This document shows, in pieces, positions 34,653 to 45,949 of a stretch of 64,000 nt of DNA. A program made the position numbers and the translations under genes. The stretch is from Rhynchopus sp. YZ270_cl-10 (lineage: Eukaryota), in assembly GCA_964035575.1 (NCBI GenBank), contig OZ037836.1:620001-684000 (forward strand). The letters run 5' to 3'. The notes beneath the pieces were generated by a model that saw only the letters and a program-made list of their open reading frames with translations, did not search any database and was not told the origin of the DNA. Each line of letters starts with the position of its first letter. Within the stretch, counting starts at the first letter, position 1.

Positions 34653-36339
34653 AAAACAGGGAGAGGGGAGAGGGGGCTGTTGCTTTAAAAGGGTTTGTTG
34701 TGATGAGAAAAAGAAAAGAAGTGTTCCCCCCTCCTTTTGTATTGATAACCCGACCCACAACCTAGGGGTTGCGTGCTCAAAAAATGGCACCCAAAAATAG
34801 GTTCCGATCTAGATGCTTTTTTTCTTGTTTTGTTTTTTTTTTCTCGTTCATGCGCAAAACAGGTCGTAGTTGTGTGTGGCACAGACACAGGGAAAAAAAA
34901 TAAAAGGCAGTATGTGGGAGAATATGCAAAAAATTGCAAATAAAAAAAAAAAAGCAAAACAAAAAATTGTGGCAGAGAAAGGCTTTTTCACACGTGCATC
35001 GCAACTTTTCGCACTTGTTTCAAAACTTTTTCACGCTTTTTCACACTATCCTGATACGGGTAAAGTGCGATATAGTGCGGTAAAAGTTGGGAAACGTGTT
35101 GCAAAAACAGAACGAAGAGCGAATTTGGGGGGAAACTCCCTTTTCAGCCACAAACAAAAATGTTTTTTTTTATTTTTTTAAAAACTCAGGCATTCGCTGG
35201 GAAGATCAATCAAGGCAGCCCTTGCAGGCGCGTGCCGAAGTACGCCCGCCAGAGGTGTGAGTGAGAGTCACACTTGGTGTGGGGTTTTGGTTAATATTCT
35301 CGTTGTCTTTTTTTGTTGTTTTTGTTTTTTTTTTTTTTTTTTTTCTCTTTTGCGAAAAAAAAAGAAACAATGTATTGACGACTGTCTGACGGAGCGATTC
35401 GCCTGTCTAAAAAAACACACACACGGGTGTCAAAATGATCGCCACACTACTAAAAACAGTGGGTAACGAACAAAACAAACATTTTCTTTCGTTACTTCAA
35501 AAATTCTCTTTTTTTTTAAAATTGTTTTTGGTTTTTGGTTGAGACGAGATGTCGGTTCTGTGAAATTCACTGAACCACCCATATCCTGTTTCACATTGCA
35601 TTCAATAAATCGATAGCATATTGGGATCAACAAAAAATTCCCAAAAAAAAAAGGGGGAGATAAAAAAAAAAACACACACAAAGCTGACTCAGAGCAGTGC
35701 TTTTTCAGTTGCCATTTTTCACGGTTCATGATCTCACATGTTTTTCCTTTTTTTTTTTCCCCCGCGAACAATGATACATATCATTTACATCGTAACAATC
35801 GTGGGGTTGATCCTCATCGATCGTGTAACAGCACTCCAAAAAAAAAAAAAACACAATGTTTGGCGGCCAAAATAAAGTGATAAAATATAGTTGATATTGT
35901 GCAAACACGCCTCCAGGATATAGGCACTCGAACCCTACTAGACTCTCTCTCGTAACTAGAGAGGGCTGAATTGACATACGGGAAGTTGCCGAAACAACTG
36001 ACCCAAAATATCCCAAAAAAAAATAGGCAACAACTCTTCCGCAAAATTATTTTTTTTGTACGTCAATATGTTCTGGAGTGCTATATTACTCATTAACCGT
36101 TCGACAATTTCGTGAACAATCATCGATTTGGTACGACGATATGGGGTGGAGGGATGGGGGAAAATAGCACGATTATTCGCAACACATGACAAGCACCGCA
36201 ATGAGGGAGTGAACAGGAGGGGTGGGAGAGAGAGGGTTCTGGCCTCAGGAAACAAAAAACCAACCAAAGAATACATAAGGAAGTTTCTGAACGTGTTTTG
36301 CCCCTATATGGAAACGGACCTATCACGCAGCATGCATGC

Positions 36340-39300
36340 TCACAGCTTCCACACCACAAGGGTGCCGTCGCGGCTCACAGTTGCAAGGCGGGTGCCATCG
36401 GGGGAGAAGTCCAGGCGTGGCAGCACAGCCTGCGAGTGTCCCAGCAGCTCGTGCAGCACAGACCCGTCGTGCGACCACACCATCACGTCACCCTCGCCCA
36501 CAGCAGCAATCATCTGCCCGTCGCGTGAGAACTTGCTGTCGTGCACAGCACCCGACAGCATGCTCAAAGACACACCGTCCACAGCACTGCCGTCACCAAT
36601 CGAGCTTCCGGGCAGCTGCGACACAAGGATCGTCCCGTCGCTCAGCCCACGCAGGAGCGCGTTCCCACCAAAGGACGAGAAGGACAGTGCCGTCACACGT
36701 GCGGCAACAGAGGGCAGCTCAACAACAGACGTCCCGTCCAGCCTCCACACACTTGTCACCTCGTCCACCTCGGTGCCGTGCACTGTCGCAAGGTGTGCAC
36801 TGTCCACAGAGAACCCCACGTTGCGTGCATGGTGGTTGATCACAGACGACGCCTTCGTCCTGTCTGACGCAAGCATGTCGAACACACGTGTGCGTGCATC
36901 ATGTCCACCCCCGCTCACCACATAGCGCCCGTCCCTCGTGAACTCCACACGACGCACAGGTGTGCTACCCGACGCAGACATGTCCACCAGCGTTGCCTCC
37001 AGCACACCTGTCGCAGCGTTGCACACAATCACACGACCGCCCTCCCCAGCAAGCGCCACCAGGTTGTTGTCTGGCGAGAACGCAATGTCGTACACCCTGA
37101 AGCCGTCTGCACAGCCCAGCTGTCCCACCCGCACACCCGTGCGTGCGTCAAACACACGCACAAAACGATCTGCTGACCCTGTCGCCACACGACGTCCGTC
37201 CCACGAGAACGCCACCGACAGCAGGCGTGCAGGGTGTCTCACCTCAAATGCACACGCACGCGACGTCCCCTGCCCGCAACGCTGTGGCACTGTGTCCACC
37301 CCACACTGCTGCTGTGGAGGAGGTGTCGGTGCTCTGCATTCGTACTGGAAGGCAAGGTACGACCTCCCGTAGTAGTAAGTGCTTCTGAACTGCACAAACG
37401 CAGAACCACTCAACACAAGCTCTACGCCTTCTACGCCGGTGGTGTACGAGGACCAGGTATGCTCCAAGTTGAAGTTTGTGTCGTTCCCACTTCCGGTCTC
37501 TGAGTAGATAGACACGTAGGCATATGTGTACAACTGAATGTCGGTGAACTTGAGCACAACGTCGTAATCACACTCAATGTGCCAGCACTCCGAGTGGTCT
37601 CTCTCGTAGTTCTCGAGGTTAGCGTACCCAGTGCCTGTCCGGTCGTGGTGCTCCTCACAGACGTAGTCCACACCAGGTGCACGTGTGTTCGGCGCATCTG
37701 TGGGTGGTGCCTGGGTGGTCGCATCCACACACACGTAGTTGAACTCAACTCTTGAATACCCGTTGTAGTAACCGGCCCTGAACTGCACAAATGCAGAACC
37801 GTTCAGGACAAAATCGTAACTTGGGGTGCCTTCATCATACGAGATCGCACGGTGCAAGTCGTAGTCTGTGCCGTTGTTGGACTCATTCCCTGATGTGTAC
37901 AGGTACAGATAGGAGTAGTAGTACAGCTGCAGGTAGGAGAACGAGATGACAACATCCTTGTCGCACTCAATGTGCCAGCACTCCGTGTGGTAGCTGTCGT
38001 AGTTCTGATAGCTCACGTTCCCAGTCGCATTGTCCCCCAGGTCGTTGTGCTCCTCACAGACGTAGTTCACACCAGGTGCACGTGTGTTCGGCACATCTGT
38101 GGGTGGTGCTTGAGTGGTCGCATCCACACACACGTAGTTGAACTCAACTCTTGACCACCCGTTGTAGTAACCGGCCCTGAACTGCACAAATGCAGAACCG
38201 TTCAGGACAAAATCGTAACTTGGGGTGCCTCCACCCCACGATATCGTACGGTGCAAGTCGTAGTCTGTGCCGTTGTTGGACTCGTTCCCAGATGTGTACA
38301 GGTACAGATAGGAATAGGTGTACAGCTGCAGGTTGGAGAACGAGATGACAACATCCTTGTCGCACTCAATGTGCCAGCACTCCGTGTGGTACTGATCGTA
38401 GTTCTGAAAGCTCACGTTCCCAGTCGCATTGTCCCCCAGGTCGTTGTGCTCCTCACAGACGTAGTTCACACCAGGTGCACGTGTGTTCGGCACATCTGTG
38501 GGTGGTGCTTGAGTGGTCGCATCCACACACACGTAGTCGAACTCAACTCTTGACCACCCGTAGTAGTAACCGCTTCTGAACTGCACAAATGCAGAACCGT
38601 TCAGCACAACATCCACGGGACCGACGGAATTCGACGAGTAGAAGCTTTTCTCATAGACAAAGTCTGTCCCATTTCCGGAATCGTTCCCAGATGTGTACAG
38701 GTCCAGGTAGGTATAGGTGTACAGCTGCAGGGTGGAGAACGAGATGACAACATCCTTGTCGCACTCAATGTGCCAGCACTCCGTGTGGTAGCTGTCGTAG
38801 TTCTGATAGCTCACGTTCCCAGTCGCATTGTCCCCCAGGTCGTTGTGCTCCTCACAGACGTAGTTCACACCAGGTGCACGTGTGTTCGGCACATCTGTGG
38901 GTGGTGCTTGAGTGGTCGCATCCACACACACGTAGTCGAACTCAAGTCTTGATCCAGTGTAGGCATTGCTTCCGAACTGCACAAATGCAGAACCGTTCAG
39001 CACAACATCCACGGGACTGGCGTAATTGTAAAAGCTTTTGGCCAAGGTGAAGTTTGTCCCATTTCCGGAATCGTCCCCTGATGTGTACAGGTGCAGGTAG
39101 GTTCCAGAGTTTAGGTACATAGTGGAGAACGAGACAACAACATCCTTGTCGCACTCAATGTGCCAGCACTCCGTGTGGTACTGATCGTAGTTACGATAGC
39201 TCACGTTCCCAGTCTCGTTGTCCCCCAGGTCGTTGTGCTCCTCGCAGACGTAGTTCACACCAGGTGCACGTGTGTCCGGCACATCAGAAGCGTACGGCAC

Positions 39301-40083
39301 ACAAGCAAACGACGACGACCACTCGCCTGTCCCGTTCGTGCTGTTTGCGCTTTCACATTGCAGACTGCCCTGTATGGCGTACCCAGGCTCGCACTCCACA
39401 TAGCAGACTTGCCCGGCGTAAGAATTGTTGCAGTCGTAACCCGGCAGCACGTGGTCAAGCAGGTGTGCAGGAGGCGACGTGCAACGTGTGTTCAGGTCTG
39501 CGAAGGGCAGGTTCCAGTGCACTGAGCTCGACATCGCACACGGCATGTGTGATTCGTATGAGTTCCACGACGCGCCGAGTGGTGCTGAACTGCCGTCAAT
39601 CCACACCTCGTGCACACCAACGTTGTCTGCCTTCACAATTGCAGCATGCCACGAGCTGAACCCGCTTCCGGGGTAGCACACCTCAAGAGAATCGTGGCCA
39701 ACCCTCATCTCACCGAGAAGGGGAGTTGTGCCTGATTGGTAGCACACCACGCTGCTGTTGTTGGGGAAGGCCTGCCGATAGCCACCGTCCAGATACAGGG
39801 AGATGTGACTGCAGGAGCTTTGCAAGACGTCCGCAATGTCGTCCACGTTTCTGTTGTTGTTCGTCGCCCTGCAGGACTGGAAGTCGGTTGTGCTGAGGTG
39901 CGCACCGCTCTCTGGGTCCACAACCTTGAGCACAGCCGTCCTGTCCGTCTCAGTGTAGGAATGATACGTCGCGAACCAGAGGGTGACGTAGCCAGGCTGC
40001 TCCTCTGACTGTGAAGAGCACACCGTCATGATGTGTGCCTCCGTGCTTACACACAGCAGCGCTGCCAAGCATGCGCGTAGCAT
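36340..40083 (-). CDS. Signal peptide + Sushi/CCP-like module + 5 CUB-like repeats + C-terminal WD40 repeats
   Basis: MLRACLAALLCVSTEA signal; CYVECEPGYAIQGSLQC (Sushi). Five ~133-aa units (NY...ECWHIEC..VVISF...FVQFRS...EFDYVC) with TTQAPPT linkers and a ~399-bp DNA period. WD40: SVAFSWDGRRVATGSADRFVRVFD, GHSQAV..LDFSPDGTRLATVSRDGTLVVW. Confidence 0.85.
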   Translation of the reverse strand: MLRACLAALLCVSTEAHIMTVCSSQSEEQPGYVTLWFATYHSYTETDRTAVLKVVDPESGAHLSTTDFQSCRATNNNRNVDDIADVLQSSCSHISLYLDGGYRQAFPNNSSVVCYQSGTTPLLGEMRVGHDSLEVCYPGSGFSSWHAAIVKADNVGVHEVWIDGSSAPLGASWNSYESHMPCAMSSSVHWNLPFADLNTRCTSPPAHLLDHVLPGYDCNNSYAGQVCYVECEPGYAIQGSLQCESANSTNGTGEWSSSFACVPYASDVPDTRAPGVNYVCEEHNDLGDNETGNVSYRNYDQYHTECWHIECDKDVVVSFSTMYLNSGTYLHLYTSGDDSGNGTNFTLAKSFYNYASPVDVVLNGSAFVQFGSNAYTGSRLEFDYVCVDATTQAPPTDVPNTRAPGVNYVCEEHNDLGDNATGNVSYQNYDSYHTECWHIECDKDVVISFSTLQLYTYTYLDLYTSGNDSGNGTDFVYEKSFYSSNSVGPVDVVLNGSAFVQFRSGYYYGWSRVEFDYVCVDATTQAPPTDVPNTRAPGVNYVCEEHNDLGDNATGNVSFQNYDQYHTECWHIECDKDVVISFSNLQLYTYSYLYLYTSGNESNNGTDYDLHRTISWGGGTPSYDFVLNGSAFVQFRAGYYNGWSRVEFNYVCVDATTQAPPTDVPNTRAPGVNYVCEEHNDLGDNATGNVSYQNYDSYHTECWHIECDKDVVISFSYLQLYYYSYLYLYTSGNESNNGTDYDLHRAISYDEGTPSYDFVLNGSAFVQFRAGYYNGYSRVEFNYVCVDATTQAPPTDAPNTRAPGVDYVCEEHHDRTGTGYANLENYERDHSECWHIECDYDVVLKFTDIQLYTYAYVSIYSETGSGNDTNFNLEHTWSSYTTGVEGVELVLSGSAFVQFRSTYYYGRSYLAFQYECRAPTPPPQQQCGVDTVPQRCGQGTSRACAFEVRHPARLLSVAFSWDGRRVATGSADRFVRVFDARTGVRVGQLGCADGFRVYDIAFSPDNNLVALAGEGGRVIVCNAATGVLEATLVDMSASGSTPVRRVEFTRDGRYVVSGGGHDARTRVFDMLASDRTKASSVINHHARNVGFSVDSAHLATVHGTEVDEVTSVWRLDGTSVVELPSVAARVTALSFSSFGGNALLRGLSDGTILVSQLPGSSIGDGSAVDGVSLSMLSGAVHDSKFSRDGQMIAAVGEGDVMVWSHDGSVLHELLGHSQAVLPRLDFSPDGTRLATVSRDGTLVVWKL

Positions 40084-40164
40084 TATCTTTTGTTCGTAGA
40101 ATACCTGTTTTTGCTGTTGTTGTTGTTGTGCTTAATCCATCTTGTAAGTGTGATGGGAGAATGT

Positions 40165-41000
40165 GTGGTGTGGTGTATCAGACATAGTGTGTGCGTAGAG
40201 CGAGAAAATGTGTTTCATAATGCAAAAGTAAAAAGAGGGGAGAGGTCACTCAGAGGGCTGACTTCTTTATTTGTTTGTGTTTTGGTTTTTTTTGTTGAAA
40301 ACTTGATTGCAGTAGTGACACCCGAGGATAAGGTCTACTCTGACAAATGCTTTGAAGGTGTTTTAGTTCATATCTTTTTTTGTTGACTCGGTTGTGTTGC
40401 CACAGTTGTGCAATGTCCACTTTTACTTTGTTCTCATCTGCTTTTTGATATTGGTAAAGGAGTTCACCCCCAAATAATAGCGGTTGTCCCGAATAGCTTT
40501 ATATGTATCCCCAGCCTCCTGTCCCCCATCTTTCCTTTTTTGAACAAGATGTGGGCGGAGCACATCCCTCTTCTCTTCTTCCCATTCTTCCTTCAACGGA
40601 ATTTATCCCGATCCTCCTGTCCCTCAACCCCTTTCCCTGCTTTATGCCTCTGTTTTTGTGTCTTCTTTTGTTTTGTGAAGTTTGTGCAGACGAGTAGAGT
40701 AGGCAGTACCTACCGGCCTGCCTTCCCCACCTCCCTTCGTACCCTTATTCCAGTCCTTCCCTTTATCCCCTCCCACCAGCACACCACGTCGTCATTGTGC
40801 GTGTCTCTGTCGTTTGTGGTCTTGCTCGGGGGAATCGTCTCAGCTGCATGTCGGAGGTGCTTCCACCACAAGTTTCTTCAGCGCCTCGCTATCCCTTACT
40901 TTGTTGGACACAGCACTGCTGCAGCCGGAAAGGTAAATACTCGTCAACGAAGTGCAGTTATGAGCAAAATCCAAACCTACGTACTCAACCTTGCTGAGTC
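40165..41000. repeat. Segmental duplicate of ~50240..51075 (3' end and flank of the type-B UBL-LRR genes)
   Basis: Near-identical sequence, e.g. GTGTGGTGTATCAGACATAGTGTGTGCGTAGAGCGAG at ~40168 and ~50240; ORFs 40503..40697 and 50584..50778 are identical. Confidence 0.9.
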
Positions 41001-41176
41001 TCAGATCCAGGGTGGTTAAAGAGGTGCAGCCGGAAAGAAAGCCACAGCCAATCTTCGTCAAGATGCTGAGTGGTGTCAGATCCAAGGTAGCTAAAGAGTT
41101 AAACTTGTTGACGTGACCCATCCCCACCTTCTCAGATGAACTGAGAGGTGAGAAAGGCGCCACGTGACCACCTTCG

Positions 41177-44100
41177 TTATCGCGGGGCAAACCCGAGACG
41201 CCCCTGGGACGTGTCGTGGTGCCTTTTCCCGCAACAGGCCTGAGGAGACGCCAGCATCGGCAATCCGTCCTTCTTCCTCTTCGGTCCCGCCTGCACACAT
41301 GCACCGCAAGCACCCCTCCCGTGGGCCACACAGTTGTGGTGCTTCTGACAGCACTGCTTCATCGACACGTTCCCCGCACCCGCACACTGTCCGCACATCG
41401 AGAAGTTATGCACCTCACACGCCTCACGCGCCTCCACACAGTCACCCAAAATAAGCTCATCACAATGGTGCGCTGCACAACACGCCGTGATGAGGATGTT
41501 GTTGTGCTCGCAGTCCCCGCATCGCATCTTGGTGTGTATGTCACACACCCGCATGTTCCCCACCTTCCTCCTTACGTCCACACGCACAGCCGGTGTCTGC
41601 AGCCTGCGTGCTTCCTGTCGTCGATTCTGCTCTGCCGCAACTGCAGCTAGCGCAGCTCTCCTACGCACCTCCTCTGCCTGCTTCTGCTCTTCCTTCACGT
41701 CCTTCCAGCGTTCGTTCTTTGCGGAGCGTTCTTCCGGAGTAGAAGCGTGAGCCACATCCGCGTCGTCACCCCACCTCGCCTTCGTCTTTTCCTTTTGTCG
41801 GGAGAGTGCTCTCCGCGACGTTGCCTTCTCCTTCAACTCCTTCAGGTACCCTTCAACCCCCGCCGCATGCGTCAGCACAGGTCGCACAGTGTACCCCGTC
41901 ATGATCCCCGCACCCAGTTCCTGTAAGTGGTGCACCTCCCTCTTCTCCACTCCTTTCCACACGTCCCTTCCACGCGCCATCGTTTTCGCCGTCCGCATCA
42001 TGGCACCAAAAGATTCGGCCCTCTTCAACACCGTCTCACCCGGTACGTCCAACCCCGAGAAGATCTCAAAGTCCAGCATGAGCTCGAGCTGCGTGATGGG
42101 GGGCGTTGTGCCATCAGGCCAACGCAATGCAGCGAGCCATGCCTTCAGCGCCCAGAAGTGGTCTTCCGTCCAGCGAGGACTCTTCTTCATGTGTTTGCTC
42201 CCCCATAGTACGTTCTCCAGCGGGTTGTAGCTCTCAAGCACTGCACCCTCCGGAAGATTCCAGCCCCACGGAAAAAGGGACTGGCCCACCACCGCCTGCT
42301 TCTTCTTCTTCTGCGAGAACCCATGTTCCACGTCGTACTTCTGTCTTGCCAGCGCGATGTTGACCAGCATCAGTTGCACACGTCGCACCGTCTGCTCCCT
42401 CTCCGCAACACTCAGCTCCTGCAAGAATATCGTCGGCACCAGGCCAAAGTCCAAGAAGCACGGGGGTGCGTCTTTGAGCAAAACCCGGAGTTTTCCGATG
42501 TCCTCTCCACGAATTTCGTCCCACTGCGGGCACCACCACCAAGCGTGTCTCCGGTCCTCTATCGCCTCACCACAGTATCGGCACAACGAAGTCTCCACCT
42601 CCTTGTTCCTCAGCAGCTGCACCCCCACCAACTGAGAACCCGACAAGGCTCCGCGTATCACGCCCGCCAGGTATCTGTCTGTCGTGCGGTCCTTCCACAC
42701 TGCGTTCGTCGCCTGGCGATCCACACCTCCCTCAATGCCCTGCATCGACGGCCTCTTCGTCACTGTCAGGCGGTACGCGTGTGCACGGATGCACTCTCTC
42801 AGCTCATGCAGCCATTTGCCCTTGTCCCACAGACGAACGTGCACCCTCAACCCGATGTGCGTCGTCCAGAAGTCGAAGCTGCTCCACCGCCATCCGTATC
42901 GCTCCAGGTCGTCCCACAACAACTCTATCACACCCTTCTTGTGCATTTCAGTTACCCTTGGGTTGGCAACCCCAGGGTTCTCGCGCCGGAGACGTGCCAG
43001 ATCTGAAGCCCTGTCACGCCGCCTCGCCTCCCGCTCCGCTCTTCGGTCACGTGCCAGCCTCCACACGTCTTCTGCTTCTCTCCGCATGCCGTCATCTTCT
43101 GTCAGTCGAAGAAAGGCCGCCATCCTCCTCTGCACAATCTCCGCTGGCGCATCAATCCCGACCGGAGACAACACATGCCACACAATGTTCAGCGTGCGCT
43201 GCTTCCTGCCCTGCCCCCAGACTGCCAGTGCAGCCCCTTGCCTCAGCGTCTCTATCGTCTGCTTCGAGAAGTCTGTCACTTCGCACCCATGCAACGCTGC
43301 CATCATTGGTCCCCTTGCGCCAATAAGTGCCTTCTCAGTGAAGGATAATGGCACACTCGAAACCCTCGTAAATACACGGTGCGCAGTAACCGCACGCTCA
43401 CGCGCGATGGGCCCGAAGTTCCCCTTTCCTGCCAAAATGTCTGCTCCAACCGCCCCGAACTGCTTCTTGTCGGGGAAGAACCCGTCGCCAAGTCCAAACT
43501 TCGTCTTTGTTCCCTCCTTCGAGGTAAACCCTACGCACTTCTCTGCCTTGACCTCCATGTCCGCAGCATTGATAAACTCCTTCGTCACCCTCGCAGCACC
43601 ATGCACTTCCGCTTCCGTGTTCGCCACAGCGTACACGTCGTCAGCGTACCCCATGGCGATTGCTCCGGTCCTTCTCGTCACTGCAGATCCCCACACCGCC
43701 ATCAGCGCGTTCAACAGCACGACAGAAAGTGGGCAACCTTGCAGGATACCATTTGTCGTACGGAAAGCGCCTCCCACACCTACGTCTCCCAACTTGAAGC
43801 GGCGTTCCATGGCAGTGTACGCCGCCCTCAGTGGTCCAAGAATGCGCCAGTGCGCGCCCCACTCCTCCGCCAGCGATAGCACAATCTCATGAGGTACACG
43901 ATCGAAACATTTGGCGTAGTCAATCGTGAAACCCCATACCTGGTCTGTGTCGTCACCCGACAGCACCGCCTTCTCCAGTTTGAGTGACAAATGCCAGTAC
44001 AGGTGTGCAGTGCTGTGTCCTGCTCTGAAGCCGTGCTGTTGCTCACCAATCCAGCTTTCCTGCCACTTTATCAGCCTTCGCAACCTCGCTGCCGCCCACA

Positions 44101-45941
44101 GTCTGTACACACACGAAGTAATCGTGATTGGTCGCTGCTTCAGCGGAGTGTCGTCTTCCCCTTTGGATGAGCGCAATGAGCGCTCTCATCAAAGAAGGCG
44201 GCCACTCCCCCGTACACTCAATCGCATCAAACACATCTGCCAGCCTGTCGAGCAGCACCAGAGGAAGCGCCTTCAGCTCTGCCATGCGCCAACCCTCCAC
44301 CCCAGCAGAAGTTTGCGTCTTCATCCTCCCCAGAGTTTGCTGCAACTCCTTCCCCGTCAGCCTGTCCATCTGCATCGCTTGCCCCTTGCCTGCGATGTCT
44401 TCTGCAAACTTCTCTCTAAACGCACCCCAGTCGGGCTCTGGCTTTTCCGCATATCGGCGAAGAATCGGCATCCACGCCTCATGCAGGAGGGTGTCCATCT
44501 CCTCAGCGTTGGCGGTGAATTTCCCATCCTCGTTCTTCAGGGCAGTCATCTTCCTGTACTGCTCGTCCTTGCAGTACTTGAAGATCGCCTTGGGAGCATT
44601 GTGCCATGCATCCCGTAGGCGCTGCCGCCAGTCCTCCAGTCGCTTCCGCTTCACTCGGTCCGCAAGCGTTGACACCTTCACTCGCACGGCTCTGCACAGA
44701 TCCACCAAAGCCTCCTCGCTAGGCATATCCTGTTGCAGTGAGTCGTCGTCCAGCAGAACGCGCAGTTCCTTCCGCGCCTTGCTCCAACAATTGCACACGT
44801 CATGTGGCGGCACACCACCGTTGCTCCTCACGTACCACAGTCGACATTCTTCCAGCCTGCCCACGTTCTTCGTCAGTCTTCTCTGGCTCACCGTCAGAGC
44901 GTCCCCTTCCTTGCTCTGCTTCGCAGTCCGGTGCTTCGGTGTGGGGTCGAACGTTCTGCCTCTACCGCAATACGCCTTCGTCGGGCCCTCAATCTCGCCT
45001 TCGCACGCCTGCAGCAAGAAGTCCTCTGCCCACTTGTTCCACTGGATCCACCTATCCTGAGGGTGTTGAAGCGCCCCCCACTGCAGCTCCTTGCTCGCAA
45101 ACGCCTTTTGTGCCGTCTTCACACCCTGTCCACACTTCTCCAAAGGGAACTGCTTCGGCAGAGTGTACGCGAGCACGATCTGCCTGTACGCACCTACATC
45201 CAGCGCTATCTCTACCGGTCTGTGCTGCGGGAGCCCAGAGTCGTGGACAACCTTCACAGACGATAGCCCTGTGCACGCAGCTCGGTTCAGCAGAACGTAA
45301 TCGAGCCTCTTGCGGATCTCCTTGCCCTCCTTCACTGAGAAGTAGGTGTTCTCCGGGGTCGTCCCAAGCACCCTTGCGTGCTCTTCGGCAGTGTCCTTCC
45401 ACCATCCTGTGTCCAGTGTAGCAGCCAGCACACCTGATTTCCCGGGACCTGCGTTGAAGTCCCCACCAATCACCCCAGGAATGTCACCAAGCTCTGCAGC
45501 AGCCTCCATCACCTCGCCAAGTATTTTCTCCCTAGCCTCCGGGTCCGCCGACGGCGCGTAGACGGAGGTCACGTCGATCCACTCGTTGCCTTTGCCGTAC
45601 GCCACCTTCGCCTTCACCCATCGCGTTGAGTCCCAGAGGTTCTTTTCCAAGGTTGAGGAGGGCGGGCTCGTGAGCACAGGTATTCCCTCTTGCACCAGAA
45701 TCGCAACACCACCAGATTTCGCTTCTTCGGCCGACCTCCATTCCGGCAACTCCTTACCCCACACCACCTGCCAACCCTGCTCGCGGTACTCGATGGAGAG
45801 GCGCTTCTGCGTCGTCACGGTGCACTTTGTCTCTTGCACCAGAACAACGTGAGCATCCTCCGCAACCTTCAGCAGAGAACTCCCGCCTGTCTGCAGCGCC
45901 GTCACATTGCTGCACACTATCTTTAGTGGGGCAAGGCCCAC
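41177..45941 (-). CDS. LINE ORF2: AP endonuclease + reverse transcriptase + zf-RVT + C-terminal Cys/His repeats (1-nt frameshift near 44165)
   Basis: APE: CSNVTAL, LVQETK, SVYAP, GGDFNA, RLDYVL, QHRPV. RT: (IP)KG..RPITIT, QHGFRAG, DYAKCFDRVPH, GILQGCPLS, GYADD. Finger: CRYC...HAWWWCP. ORFs 44043..45941 and 41177..44176 join at ATCCAAAG, where ATCCCAAAG is expected. Confidence 0.92.
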
Positions 45942-45949
45942 GGTCGTGA

